Positions 34,536 to 43,461 of a stretch of DNA of 64,000 nt are shown one piece after another. The first letter of the stretch is position 1. Each line of letters opens with the position of its first letter. The notes beneath the pieces are model-generated. The model did not search any database, was not told the origin of the DNA, and saw only the letters and a list, made by a program, of their open reading frames with translations. Both the position numbers and the translations under genes were made by a program. This DNA is from Gemmatimonadota bacterium (GTDB lineage: Bacteria > Gemmatimonadota > Gemmatimonadetes > JACCXV01 > JAHWKZ01). The DNA is taken from the NCBI GenBank assembly GCA_035513155.1, contig DATKCO010000003.1:543-64542 (forward strand). The letters are read 5' to 3'.

Positions 34536-36777
34536 TGCGAGGCCGACTCGCCGCGGCGTCGTCGACGAGGTCCATCAGGCGCTCGGCGGTGAGCGGGATC
34601 TCGCGGGGCTCGACGCCGAGCGCGCGCGCCACCGCGTTGACGACGGCCGGAGCCGGCCCGTCGATCGGCAGCTCGCCCAGGCCCTTCGCCCCCCGCGGCC
34701 CACCGGCCCAGGGGGTCTCGCGGAAATGGACCCGGATCGGCGGCAGGTCGTCCGAGGTGGGGATGATGTAGTTCGTGAGCTGGGCGTTCGTCATCGCGCC
34801 GTCCTCCCAGTGGCACTCCTCCATCAGCGCCCAGCCGACGCCCTGGGCGACGCCACCCTGCACCTGGCCCCGGGCGAGCGTCTCGTGAAGGAGGGTGCCG
34901 ACGTCTTGCAGGGCCACGAAGTCGATCACGCGCACCCCGAACGTGCGGAGGTCGACCTCCACCTCGGCGACGTAGGTCGCCCAGCCGAAGGCGGCGTACG
35001 CGTCCCCCTGGTACGTGGCCTCGTCCCAGCGGACGTTCGGCGGCGGCGCGTACTCCGCGCGGCCGACCAGGTCGGCGCCGGGATGGTCGTCGTGCCAGGC
35101 GAGAAGCGCCCGTCGGAGGTCGTCGCCGCGGACCTCCGAACCGAGCCCCAGCTCGGCGCGGAGATCGTCGCACGCCGCCTCGACGAGCCCGCCCACCACC
35201 ATCGCCGTGCGGGAGGCGACGGTGGGGCCGCTGTTCGGCACCCGCCCGGTGTCGGCCTCGGCGATCACGACCGCGTCCGGGTCCACGCCAAGCCGCTCGG
35301 CGGCGAGCTGAGTGAAGATCGTGAGTGTTCCCTGGCCCATCTCGATGTTCGCGCTCCGCACCTCGATCCGGCCGTCCGGGAGCCCCGCCACGTCGAGTCG
35401 CGAGGCGAGCGCCACCTCACCGCCGCCGGTGAAGCCGGCGCCGTGATGGAAAGAGGCGAGCCCCAGGCCACGGCGAAGCCAGGGATCGGAGCGCGCGAGG
35501 CGGCGGTGCTCGACCTCCTTCTCTCGCCACCCCGACAGCTCGACGGCCCGATCCAGGATCCCGACCCGGTCCACGCCGTCGCGGATCCGCTGGCCCGTCG
35601 CGGTCTCGCCGCCGTCGACGATCAGGTTGCGTCGCCTCAGCTCGATCGGGTCCATCCCGATCGCGTCGGCGACGACGTCCATGTGACGCTCGTTCGCGAA
35701 ATGGGTCTGGGGGGCGCCGAAGCCGCGGAAGGCTCCGTGCGGCGGGCTGTTCGTCAAGATGGCGCGTCCCACGATCCGCACGTGGTCGCACTGGTAGGGC
35801 CCTGCCGCGTGGATGATGCCGCGGGAGAGGACGACCGGCGAGAGGGTGACGTAGGCGCCCCCGTCCAGGACCACGTCGATGTCCTGGGCGACCAGCCGTC
35901 CGTCGGAGTCGACCCCGGTCCGGTGACGGACGATCGACGGGTGGCGCTTCGTCGTCGCCGCCATGTCCTCGCCGCGGTCGTAGACGACCTTGACCGGCCG
36001 GCCCGCCTTGAGCGCGAGCAGCGCCGCGTGGAGCGCGATGACCGACGGGTACTCCTCCTTGCCGCCGAAGCCACCGCCCGTGGGGGCGTGCACGATCCGG
36101 ACCCGGTCGGCTTCGCGGGCCAGCGCCCGCACGGCGGCCTTGTGGACGTAGAAGGGGCACTGCAGGCTGCCCTTGACGAACAGCACGCCACCCTCCTCCC
36201 ACGCCAGCATCCCCTGGGTCTCGATGTAGACGTGCTCCTGGGCGCCGGTGCGATACTCGCCCTCGACGACCCGCCAGGCCGCGTCCAGCGCCGCCTCGAC
36301 ATCGCCCTTCTCGATGCGGAGCCGCTTGAGGACGTTGTCGTCGCCGCGCTGGACCTGGTCGGAACGGGGTGAAATCGATACGTCGAGATAGGCAGGGTCG
36401 GGATCGACCACGACCTCGACGCCGCGGACGGCGCGCCGCAGCGCGGACCGCGACGGGTGGGCAAGGAGGACGACCGGCTCGTGGACGTGGCGGACGTAGT
36501 CGGCGGCGAGCACCGGCTGGTCGGGCTCGATCAGCAGGACCTCGTTGGCGCCGGGAACGTCCCGATGGTCGACGACGACGAACCCGGACCAATCGACCGC
36601 GGGATCGAAGCGGACCTCCCGGATCCGGCCGCGAGGCGCCGGGCTCCGCACCGTCATGCCCCACCAGGCGCCTTCGACGGCGAGGTCGTCGACGTAGCGC
36701 TCCGCGCCGCTCAGCTTGGCGAGTCCTTCGAGCCGTTCCATCGACGGAAGTTCGCGTCGGGCGGCGGGAGGCCGCAA
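34528..36777 (-). CDS. Molybdopterin-binding (large) subunit of a xanthine-dehydrogenase-family enzyme, system 1
   Basis: 'GGGFGGKEEY' and 'RGAKGLGELPIDGPAPAVVNAV' (Glu retained in the GE motif). Typical a/b hammerhead N-terminus. An alternative start lies at 36741 (MERLEG). Confidence 0.9.
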   Translation of the reverse strand: MRPPAARRELPSMERLEGLAKLSGAERYVDDLAVEGAWWGMTVRSPAPRGRIREVRFDPAVDWSGFVVVDHRDVPGANEVLLIEPDQPVLAADYVRHVHEPVVLLAHPSRSALRRAVRGVEVVVDPDPAYLDVSISPRSDQVQRGDDNVLKRLRIEKGDVEAALDAAWRVVEGEYRTGAQEHVYIETQGMLAWEEGGVLFVKGSLQCPFYVHKAAVRALAREADRVRIVHAPTGGGFGGKEEYPSVIALHAALLALKAGRPVKVVYDRGEDMAATTKRHPSIVRHRTGVDSDGRLVAQDIDVVLDGGAYVTLSPVVLSRGIIHAAGPYQCDHVRIVGRAILTNSPPHGAFRGFGAPQTHFANERHMDVVADAIGMDPIELRRRNLIVDGGETATGQRIRDGVDRVGILDRAVELSGWREKEVEHRRLARSDPWLRRGLGLASFHHGAGFTGGGEVALASRLDVAGLPDGRIEVRSANIEMGQGTLTIFTQLAAERLGVDPDAVVIAEADTGRVPNSGPTVASRTAMVVGGLVEAACDDLRAELGLGSEVRGDDLRRALLAWHDDHPGADLVGRAEYAPPPNVRWDEATYQGDAYAAFGWATYVAEVEVDLRTFGVRVIDFVALQDVGTLLHETLARGQVQGGVAQGVGWALMEECHWEDGAMTNAQLTNYIIPTSDDLPPIRVHFRETPWAGGPRGAKGLGELPIDGPAPAVVNAVARALGVEPREIPLTAERLMDLVDDAAASRPRSA

Positions 36778-36837
36778 GCGGGCCCGGCTCAGGGGGAGCG
36801 GCCGAGTGAGATGGCGAGGGCCGCGAGCACCCTCCCC

Positions 36838-38154
36838 TCACGGGACCGGGGCGGGCACCCCGTTCGCGCCCGCCAGGGAGGAGAGCGCGTCCAGCAGCTC
36901 GGTCGCGCGGGACCTCGTCCCGGCCAGGCACGCGACCCCGATCTTCCCGGCCTCGAGCGCGCTTGGCGACCAGGGGACGATCCCCTCTCCGCGTCGGGGA
37001 TCGTAGAGCCTGTCCCCGAGATGCCGCTCCAGCTCCGCGTAGTCGCGCGTCGCGACCGGGACGGTCCGGCTGAGGAATGCCTTCGGAGCGGGTCCGCCGA
37101 GGCGGCCCGCGAGCCGAACGAGGCGGGCGGTCAAGGCGTGGGGATACGACGCGCCGTTGACGCGGGGATTGATCTCCGCCAGGAAGTGACGCACCCGACC
37201 GTGGTGCTCGTGCTCGACGAAATCGAACCCGACCCGGCCGCGGAAGGCCTTCCGGCGCATCCAGGCCGCCATCGTGCGCGCGTCCTCGAGCATGCGGTCC
37301 TGTCGGCGGGCGCGGCTGGGATGGACGCTCCCCAGGTAGGCGAGGTCCCGATCGAGGAGCTGATCGGTGATCCCCAGTCGCAGCCCCCCGGGGTCGCCCC
37401 GCTCGACGACGACCTCCACGTTGGGGGAGACGAGCGACTCGTAGAGCGGCTCCACGAGCCAGAGCCGGTCGCCGGGCCTGCCGACGACGGCCTCGAGGAC
37501 CTCATCCAGGCGGTCGGGCTCGACGACGAACGTCGAGCTGCCGGACGCTCCCGAGGAGCCGCGGAGGACGGCGCGCCCGGTCGGTCGGGAGCGGTGCAGG
37601 ACGGCCCGCCGGAGACCCGCGAGATCCGCGCGCCCCGCGCCGCGCGGGATCCGCACGACGTCGCCCGGTGCCACCGGGACGCCGAGCGACCGGGCGAGCG
37701 CGCGTCCCGCGGACTTCTCATGAAGTCGCCGGACGAGGGACGCCGGACCGCCCGCGACCCGCACAGGCCGGCCGAGCCGGGATCGGAGGAAACGGCCGAG
37801 CGTCGCGGTCGCCGGGGTCGCGAAGAACGGGACGAGCTCGAGGGCCTCGGTCTTCCGGAGCCGGCAGGCGAGCCGGTCGAGGGACGGGCCGTCGGTCGCG
37901 ATGCGCGCAGAGAGCCCCGTCCCGGGCCGGATGCCGTCGAAGACGAGGATGTCCTCGGGTCGCGGGCCGATCCCGAGGCTCCGGAGGAACGCGACGTGCC
38001 GCGCGTCGACGGGGCGCGCGAGACACACGACGTCGCCCGGTCGTGCGAGCAGGAGGGCCCGCTCTCCGAGGCATTCGAACTCCGGCATGCGGACCGCGAT
38101 GTCGAGGGCGTTGGGGGCCTCGGAGGGACTGTGGAGGAAGATCCGGGTCGTCAC
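36838..38154 (-). CDS. ATP-grasp family protein with pre-ATP-grasp N-domain (PGM1-like peptide/amide ligase type)
   Basis: The GTG at 38154 overlaps the upstream stop (GTGA). 'VRHFLAEINPRVNGASYP' is the ATP-grasp C-terminal motif pattern. The upstream 209 codons of the track ORF overlap the ligase gene out of frame and were discarded. Confidence 0.6.
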   Translation of the reverse strand: MTTRIFLHSPSEAPNALDIAVRMPEFECLGERALLLARPGDVVCLARPVDARHVAFLRSLGIGPRPEDILVFDGIRPGTGLSARIATDGPSLDRLACRLRKTEALELVPFFATPATATLGRFLRSRLGRPVRVAGGPASLVRRLHEKSAGRALARSLGVPVAPGDVVRIPRGAGRADLAGLRRAVLHRSRPTGRAVLRGSSGASGSSTFVVEPDRLDEVLEAVVGRPGDRLWLVEPLYESLVSPNVEVVVERGDPGGLRLGITDQLLDRDLAYLGSVHPSRARRQDRMLEDARTMAAWMRRKAFRGRVGFDFVEHEHHGRVRHFLAEINPRVNGASYPHALTARLVRLAGRLGGPAPKAFLSRTVPVATRDYAELERHLGDRLYDPRRGEGIVPWSPSALEAGKIGVACLAGTRSRATELLDALSSLAGANGVPAPVP

Positions 38155-39386
38155 GCCCGGACGATCGGGCGCGGCTTCCCGCCTTCCGCGGTCCCGATCC
38201 GCGGGACCGCCTCGATCTCGAATCGGACGTCCGGGCCGAGCATGGCGGCGGCGGCCTCGCGCAGCTCCTGCCCCGAAGGCGGCCCCGCCCCCTCCAGGGG
38301 AACGTGGCGCAGGACGATCCGGTCCGGCGCCTCCTGGACGAGCTGGTACTGCCGGATCCAGGGCGCGGCGCCCAGAAGAGGCGCCAGGATCCGGTACGGA
38401 TGGATCGCGCGGCCGTCGGGCAGTTCGAAGTAGTCGATCGTCCGGCCCTCGATCCGGGCGAGCGTGGCTCCGGGATGGCCACACGGGCAGCCGTACGGCC
38501 CCGGGGTCACCGAGTCGGTCAGCCGGTAGCGGATGAAGGGGGCCGTGGAGAAGCTGAGCGCGGTGACGACGATCTCGCCGGTGTCCGGGGCGGTCGGGAC
38601 GGCGCCCGCCACCACCTCGACGATCAGGTCCGGCCGGCCGAGATGCTTGAGCCCGGCGGCTCGGCAGTCGGAGGCGATGAGCCCCACCTCGTGGGTACCG
38701 TAAGCGTCGTGGACCGGGGCCCCGAACGCGGACTCGATCCGCGCGCGCGCCATCGGCGTGACGACCTCGCCCGAGAGCCATACGACGCGCGGCCGGAGTC
38801 GCGGCCGGTCGTGGTCCGTCACGAGGCCGGCGACGCGCTCGATGACGCTGGGCAGCCCGCGCAGGAAGGTCGGTGGCGTCCGTCGGAGCTCCGCCAGGAT
38901 CTCAACGGGATCGAGGCAGCAGTCGATCATCCGCTCGTCGACGAGTCCCAGCCCGTTCAGGAGCGCGATCCCGTCGGGCCGGCCCTCGCGGTGGACGAAC
39001 ACCGAAGCCACGCGATCCCCCCGACGCAGCCCCGCCGCGAGGAGGTCGCGCAGCCAGCTCCGCGCCCAGAGCGCCTGCTCCGCCCGGCTCCGATGGACGA
39101 CGAGCGGCTCGCCCGAGTACCCCGAGGTCATCGTAGAGACCAGGGTCGAGGGGCGGGTGCCGCGGGCGACGATCTCCTCGATCGGGCGGTCGAGGAGATC
39201 CGCCTTCTCCATCACCGGGAGACGGGCGAGGTCGGCGATCCCGCGGACGTCTGCCGGGCGCAAGCCGGCCCGATCGAAGCGCTCGCGGTGGAACGGGACC
39301 CGCTCGTAGGCGTGAGCCACCAGCCCCCGGAGACGCCGGTCCCGGGTCTCCGCGTCGTTCCGCTCCGTTCCGGATGCGCGCGTCAT
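38151..39386 (-). CDS. Phenylacetate-CoA-ligase-family (PaaK / F390-synthetase-like) adenylate-forming enzyme
   Basis: 'LRGLVAHAYERVPFHRERFDRAGLRPADVRGIADLARLPVMEKADL...TMTSGYSGEPLVV' carries a TSG(S/T)TG-like P-loop variant. 'YGTHEVG'. Confidence 0.8.
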   Translation of the reverse strand: MTRASGTERNDAETRDRRLRGLVAHAYERVPFHRERFDRAGLRPADVRGIADLARLPVMEKADLLDRPIEEIVARGTRPSTLVSTMTSGYSGEPLVVHRSRAEQALWARSWLRDLLAAGLRRGDRVASVFVHREGRPDGIALLNGLGLVDERMIDCCLDPVEILAELRRTPPTFLRGLPSVIERVAGLVTDHDRPRLRPRVVWLSGEVVTPMARARIESAFGAPVHDAYGTHEVGLIASDCRAAGLKHLGRPDLIVEVVAGAVPTAPDTGEIVVTALSFSTAPFIRYRLTDSVTPGPYGCPCGHPGATLARIEGRTIDYFELPDGRAIHPYRILAPLLGAAPWIRQYQLVQEAPDRIVLRHVPLEGAGPPSGQELREAAAAMLGPDVRFEIEAVPRIGTAEGGKPRPIVRA

Positions 39387-39480
39387 GGCCGAAGGGTGTC
39401 CCGACGCGATGCCGGGGTGCAAGGGAGTCGCGGCTGGTCCTTCCTGTGCGGATCGGCCGGGCCGCATTTACCTTGTCCCC

Positions 39481-40014
39481 ATGCGGACGATGAGTCCCGC
39501 CGAGCCCGTTCAGCTGCGCCTCACGGTCAACGGGGAGCCGCGGGTCGTCTCGGCCCCGCTCCACCACACCCTGCTCGAAGTCCTGCGCGAGGAGCTCGGC
39601 CTGACCGGGACCAAGCACGGCTGCGAGCTGGGGGAGTGCGGGACGTGCACGGTCCTGGTCGACGGCGCGCCGGTCCTCTCCTGCCTCGCGGTCCCCGCCG
39701 CCCTTGAGGGACGGGAGGTCACGACGGTCGAGGGGATGGAGACCGCCGCCGGCCTTCACCCCCTCCAGCAGGCGTTCGTCGAGCTGGGGGCGGCCCAGTG
39801 CGGGTACTGCACGCCCGGGTTCCTGCTCGCCGCGATGGCGCTCCTCGACGAGTCGCCGCGGCCCGCGCGGGACGAGATCGTCGACGCGCTGGGCGGCAAC
39901 CTCTGCCGCTGCACCGGCTACCTGAAGATCTACGAAGCCGTCGAGCTCGCTGCCGCGCGGATGGAGGGCGAGGACGCCGAGCCCGCGGAGGAGACCCTGT
40001 ATGGCGAGGCGTGA
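39481..40014 (+). CDS. [2Fe-2S] small subunit, system 2 (HcrC-like)
   Basis: 'GTKHGCELGECGTCTV' and 'QCGYCTPGFLL...GNLCRCTGY'. Internal ATG at 39481. Confidence 0.9.
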   Translation: MRTMSPAEPVQLRLTVNGEPRVVSAPLHHTLLEVLREELGLTGTKHGCELGECGTCTVLVDGAPVLSCLAVPAALEGREVTTVEGMETAAGLHPLQQAFVELGAAQCGYCTPGFLLAAMALLDESPRPARDEIVDALGGNLCRCTGYLKIYEAVELAAARMEGEDAEPAEETLYGEA

Positions 40015-42475
40015 CGGAGGATCCGGCCTCAGGGTCGTCGGCCGCGCGCTGCCGAAGGTGGACGCGGTCGCGAAGGTGACCGGTCGAACGCGGTTCGCCG
40101 ACGACCTGTTCCTGCCCCGGATGCTCCACTGCCGCATGCTCCGCTCGACCGTGCCGCATGCCGAGATCCGCGCGGTCGACACGAGCGCGGCGGAGGCGAT
40201 GGAGGGGGTCGTCGCGGTCCTGACCGGGAAGGACCTGCCGACTCCGTACGGGATCCTTCCCGTCAGCCAGGACGAGCACGCGCTGTGCCTCGACAAGGTG
40301 CGGTTCATCGGCGACCCGGTCGCCGCGGTGGCCGCGATCGACGAGGAGTCGGCCGAGGCGGCGTGCCGCGCGATCGCGGTGGAGTACGCGGAGCTCGACG
40401 CGGTCGCGTCGATCGAGGACGCGCTCGACGGCGAGGACCCCGGAATCCATCTCTACGGCGACGGCCACAACGTCCACAAGGCGGTGGCGCTCGAGTTCGG
40501 CGATGTGGAGGCCGCGCTGGGCGAGGCCGACGTCGTGCTCGAGGACACGTTCTTCTACGAAGGGAATACCCACCTCCCGATGGAGCAGCACGCCGCGCTG
40601 GCGGACTGGCGCCCCGACGGGAAGCTGACCCTCTGGTCCTCGACCCAGACTCCGCACTATGTCCACCGCGCGCTGGCGCGCGTGCTGGAGACGCCGGCGA
40701 GCCGGATCCGTGTCATCGCCACGCCCAACGGGGGCGGCTTCGGCGGCAAGAGCGACCCGTTCAACCACGAGATCGTGGTGGCCGAGCTGTCCCGGCGGAC
40801 CGGCCGGCCGGTGAAGATCTGCTTGACCCGCGAGGAGGTCTTCTACTGCCACCGCGGCCGCCACCCGGTGCTGATGTGGGTGAAGACCGGGTTCCGGAAC
40901 GATGGCGCGATCACCGGCATGCACTTCCGCTCGTTCCTCGACGGCGGGGCCTATGGCAGCTACGGGGTCGCGTCGACCTACTACACGGGCGCGCTCCAGA
41001 CCGTGACGTATCCGGTGCCCGCGTACCGGTTCGAGGGTCTGCGCGCGTTCACGAACAAGCCCCCGTGCGGGCCCAAGCGCGGCCACGGCACCCCGCAGCC
41101 CCGCTTCGCTCTCGAGGTGCAGATCGACAAGGCGGCCCATCGGCTGGGCCTCGATCCCGCCCGCATGCGACTCGACCACCTGGTCCCGCCGGATTCGGTG
41201 ACGGCGAACTGGCTCCGGATCGGGTCGATGGGCCTCGGCGCGTGCATCGAGAAGGTCGTCGCGGCGTCCGGCTGGGAGGAGAAGCACGGCCGCCTGCCCG
41301 AGGGCCGGGGCGTGGGCCTGGCGTGCGGGAGCTACATCTCGGGCGCCGGCCTGCCGATCTACTGGAACGCGATGCCCCATTCGGGCGTCCAGCTCAAGCT
41401 GGACCGCGGCGGCGGCGTGACCGTCTTCTGCGGCTCGACGGACATCGGACAGGGATCGGACTCGATCCTGGCCTATGTCGTCGCCGAGGTTCTGGGCGTC
41501 GACCCGTTCGCGATCGAGGTCGTCACCGCCGACACGAGCCTGACCCCGGTCGACCTGGGATCGTACTCGAGCCGGGTCACGCTGATGAGCGGCAACGCCG
41601 CGCTCCAGGCCGCCGAGCGGGCGCGCGAGCTGCTCGTCCAGGCGCTGGCCGAGAAGTGGGAGATCCCCGGATCCCGCATCGCCCTGGCCGAGGGGCGCGC
41701 CTTCGACGTCGAAGACCCGGACCGGTCGATCCCGTTCGCCGACGCGGTCGTCGCGGCCGAGGCGAAGTTCGGGACGATCGGCACGGTGGGCTCCTACACG
41801 CCGCCCGCGTCGCCCGGGCGATACAAGGGCGCGGGGGTGGGACCCAGCCCGGCGTACTCGTACGCGGCCGCGGTGGCCGAGGTGACGGTCGACCCCGAGA
41901 CCGGCGAGACCCGGGTCGACGAGGTGTGGATCGCCCATGACATCGGGCGGGCGATCAATCCCGTCGTCGCGATCGGCCAGGTCGAGGGATCGGTGTACAT
42001 GGGCCTGGGAGAGGCGCTGATGGAGGAGATGACCTACCGCGGGAACCGCAACGTCGTCCACCGCCATCCGTCGCTGCTCGAGTACAAGAGCCCGACGACC
42101 CACGAGATGTGCCGGATCCACACGTTCCTGATCGAGGATCCGGATCCCAACGGGCCGTTCGGCGCCAAGGAGGTGGGGCAGGGACCGCTGCTCCCGATCC
42201 CGCCGGCGATCGTCAACGCGATCCACGACGCCGTCGGCGTCCGAGTGGACGAGGTGCCGGTGACGCCGCAGAAGGTGCTCGCCGCGCTCAAGCGGAAGGC
42301 GAAGGGGGAGGAGGCCCGCGAGGGACCGGCCGGCATCCCGGAATTCCCGTGGCCGGAGCCCGTGCGGGTGCCGCCGCCCTCGTCCGGCGGGGACGGCCGC
42401 GCGATCGACGACCCGCGCCACATCGGGGCCGGCGGCGTGCGGGACGGGGGCGTGACGGGAGGGGTGCCGGCATGA
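40001..42475 (+). CDS. Molybdopterin-binding large subunit, system 2 (4-hydroxybenzoyl-CoA-reductase-alpha/aldehyde-oxidoreductase-like)
   Basis: 'GRALPKVDAVAKVTGRTRFADD' and 'GGGFGGKSDP'. The C-terminal active-site loop reads 'GAKEVGQGPLLP', with Gln where the family normally has Glu. It has a low-complexity tail of about 50 aa. Confidence 0.85.
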   Translation: MARRDGGSGLRVVGRALPKVDAVAKVTGRTRFADDLFLPRMLHCRMLRSTVPHAEIRAVDTSAAEAMEGVVAVLTGKDLPTPYGILPVSQDEHALCLDKVRFIGDPVAAVAAIDEESAEAACRAIAVEYAELDAVASIEDALDGEDPGIHLYGDGHNVHKAVALEFGDVEAALGEADVVLEDTFFYEGNTHLPMEQHAALADWRPDGKLTLWSSTQTPHYVHRALARVLETPASRIRVIATPNGGGFGGKSDPFNHEIVVAELSRRTGRPVKICLTREEVFYCHRGRHPVLMWVKTGFRNDGAITGMHFRSFLDGGAYGSYGVASTYYTGALQTVTYPVPAYRFEGLRAFTNKPPCGPKRGHGTPQPRFALEVQIDKAAHRLGLDPARMRLDHLVPPDSVTANWLRIGSMGLGACIEKVVAASGWEEKHGRLPEGRGVGLACGSYISGAGLPIYWNAMPHSGVQLKLDRGGGVTVFCGSTDIGQGSDSILAYVVAEVLGVDPFAIEVVTADTSLTPVDLGSYSSRVTLMSGNAALQAAERARELLVQALAEKWEIPGSRIALAEGRAFDVEDPDRSIPFADAVVAAEAKFGTIGTVGSYTPPASPGRYKGAGVGPSPAYSYAAAVAEVTVDPETGETRVDEVWIAHDIGRAINPVVAIGQVEGSVYMGLGEALMEEMTYRGNRNVVHRHPSLLEYKSPTTHEMCRIHTFLIEDPDPNGPFGAKEVGQGPLLPIPPAIVNAIHDAVGVRVDEVPVTPQKVLAALKRKAKGEEAREGPAGIPEFPWPEPVRVPPPSSGGDGRAIDDPRHIGAGGVRDGGVTGGVPA

Positions 42476-43461
42476 TGCGGCTGCCCCGCTTCGAGTACCG
42501 CGTCCCGCGCTCGATCGACGAGGCGGTGGCGGCGAAGGGGGACGCGCCGCCGGACGCCGCGTACGTCGCGGGCGGCACCGATCTCTATCCGAACATGAAG
42601 CGCCGCCATCAGGAGCCCGGCACCCTGATCGCCCTCCACGCGGTCGAGGAGCTGAGGCGGATCGAGCCGCGGGAAGGAGGCGGCCTCGCGATCGGCGCGA
42701 CCGCGACCCTGACCGAGGTCCGGCGGCACCCCCGGGTGCGGGCGGACCATCCGGCGCTCGCCGAGGCGTGCCGGCTCATCTCCACCCCGATCCTCCAGAA
42801 CATGGGGACGCTGGGCGGGAACCTCCTGCTGGACACGCGCTGCAACTACTACGACCAGAACTACGACTGGCGGAAGTCGATCGACTTCTGCATGAAGAAG
42901 GACGGGACGATCTGCTGGGTGGCACCCGCCTCGCCGCGCTGCTGGGCGGTGCAGTCTGCGGACAGCGTGCCGCTCCTGGTGGCCCTGGGGGCCGAGGTCG
43001 ATCTCGCGGGACCGGGTGGGGAGCGGCGGGTGCCGGTCAGCGCGCTCTATCGCGACGACGGGATCCTCTATCTCGCCAAGCAGCGGGACGAGCTCCTGAC
43101 CCGCGTGCTCCTGCCGGCGCCCGACGGCTGGCGCGCGGTCTACCGCAAGGTGCGCCGCCGTGGCGCGTTCGACTTCCCGGTCCTCGGCGTCGGCGCGTGG
43201 GCGCGGTTCGAGGACGGCGGAACGGTGGCCGAGGCGCGGGTCGTCATGGGCGGGGTCGGCTCCGCCCCCGAGGCCGTCGAGGGGGCGGCCGCCGCGCTGG
43301 TCGGCGGGACGCTCGACGACGCGTCGATCGAGGCCGCCGCGAGCGCCGCGTGGAAGGCCGGCCGTCCGCTCGACAACACCGATTTCTCGATCTCCTGGCG
43401 CAAGGAGATGATCCGCCCCACCGTCGCCCGCGCGCTGAGAGACCTGCGGGACGGCCCATGA
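42472..43461 (+). CDS. FAD-binding medium subunit, system 2, with a four-Cys insertion (HcrB-like extra [4Fe-4S] loop)
   Basis: 'YVAGGTDLYPNMK' (FAD). The insertion 'CNYYDQNYDWRKSIDFCMKKDGTICWVAPASPRC' has spacing C-x15-C-x7-C-x8-C at residues 124/140/148/157. ATG overlaps the upstream stop. Confidence 0.8.
   Translation: MMRLPRFEYRVPRSIDEAVAAKGDAPPDAAYVAGGTDLYPNMKRRHQEPGTLIALHAVEELRRIEPREGGGLAIGATATLTEVRRHPRVRADHPALAEACRLISTPILQNMGTLGGNLLLDTRCNYYDQNYDWRKSIDFCMKKDGTICWVAPASPRCWAVQSADSVPLLVALGAEVDLAGPGGERRVPVSALYRDDGILYLAKQRDELLTRVLLPAPDGWRAVYRKVRRRGAFDFPVLGVGAWARFEDGGTVAEARVVMGGVGSAPEAVEGAAAALVGGTLDDASIEAAASAAWKAGRPLDNTDFSISWRKEMIRPTVARALRDLRDGP

Noticed and set aside
38155-38781. N-terminal 209 codons of the 647-aa ORF (36838..38781)
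   Set aside because: This stretch overlaps the PaaK-like gene in another frame and is Arg/Pro-rich. A GTGA-coupled start at 38154 gives a sensible pre-ATP-grasp N-terminus.
34228-39707. Three long plus-strand ORFs (34228..36372, 36457..38433, 37668..39707)
   Set aside because: They are antisense to the XDH large subunit, ATP-grasp and PaaK-like genes, all of which carry recognisable family motifs. The plus-strand translations are low-complexity.
39719-42421. 900-aa minus-strand ORF opposite the HcrA-like gene
   Set aside because: It completely overlaps a large subunit that has canonical Mo-hydroxylase motifs. Its composition (R/G/P/D/H runs) is non-protein-like.
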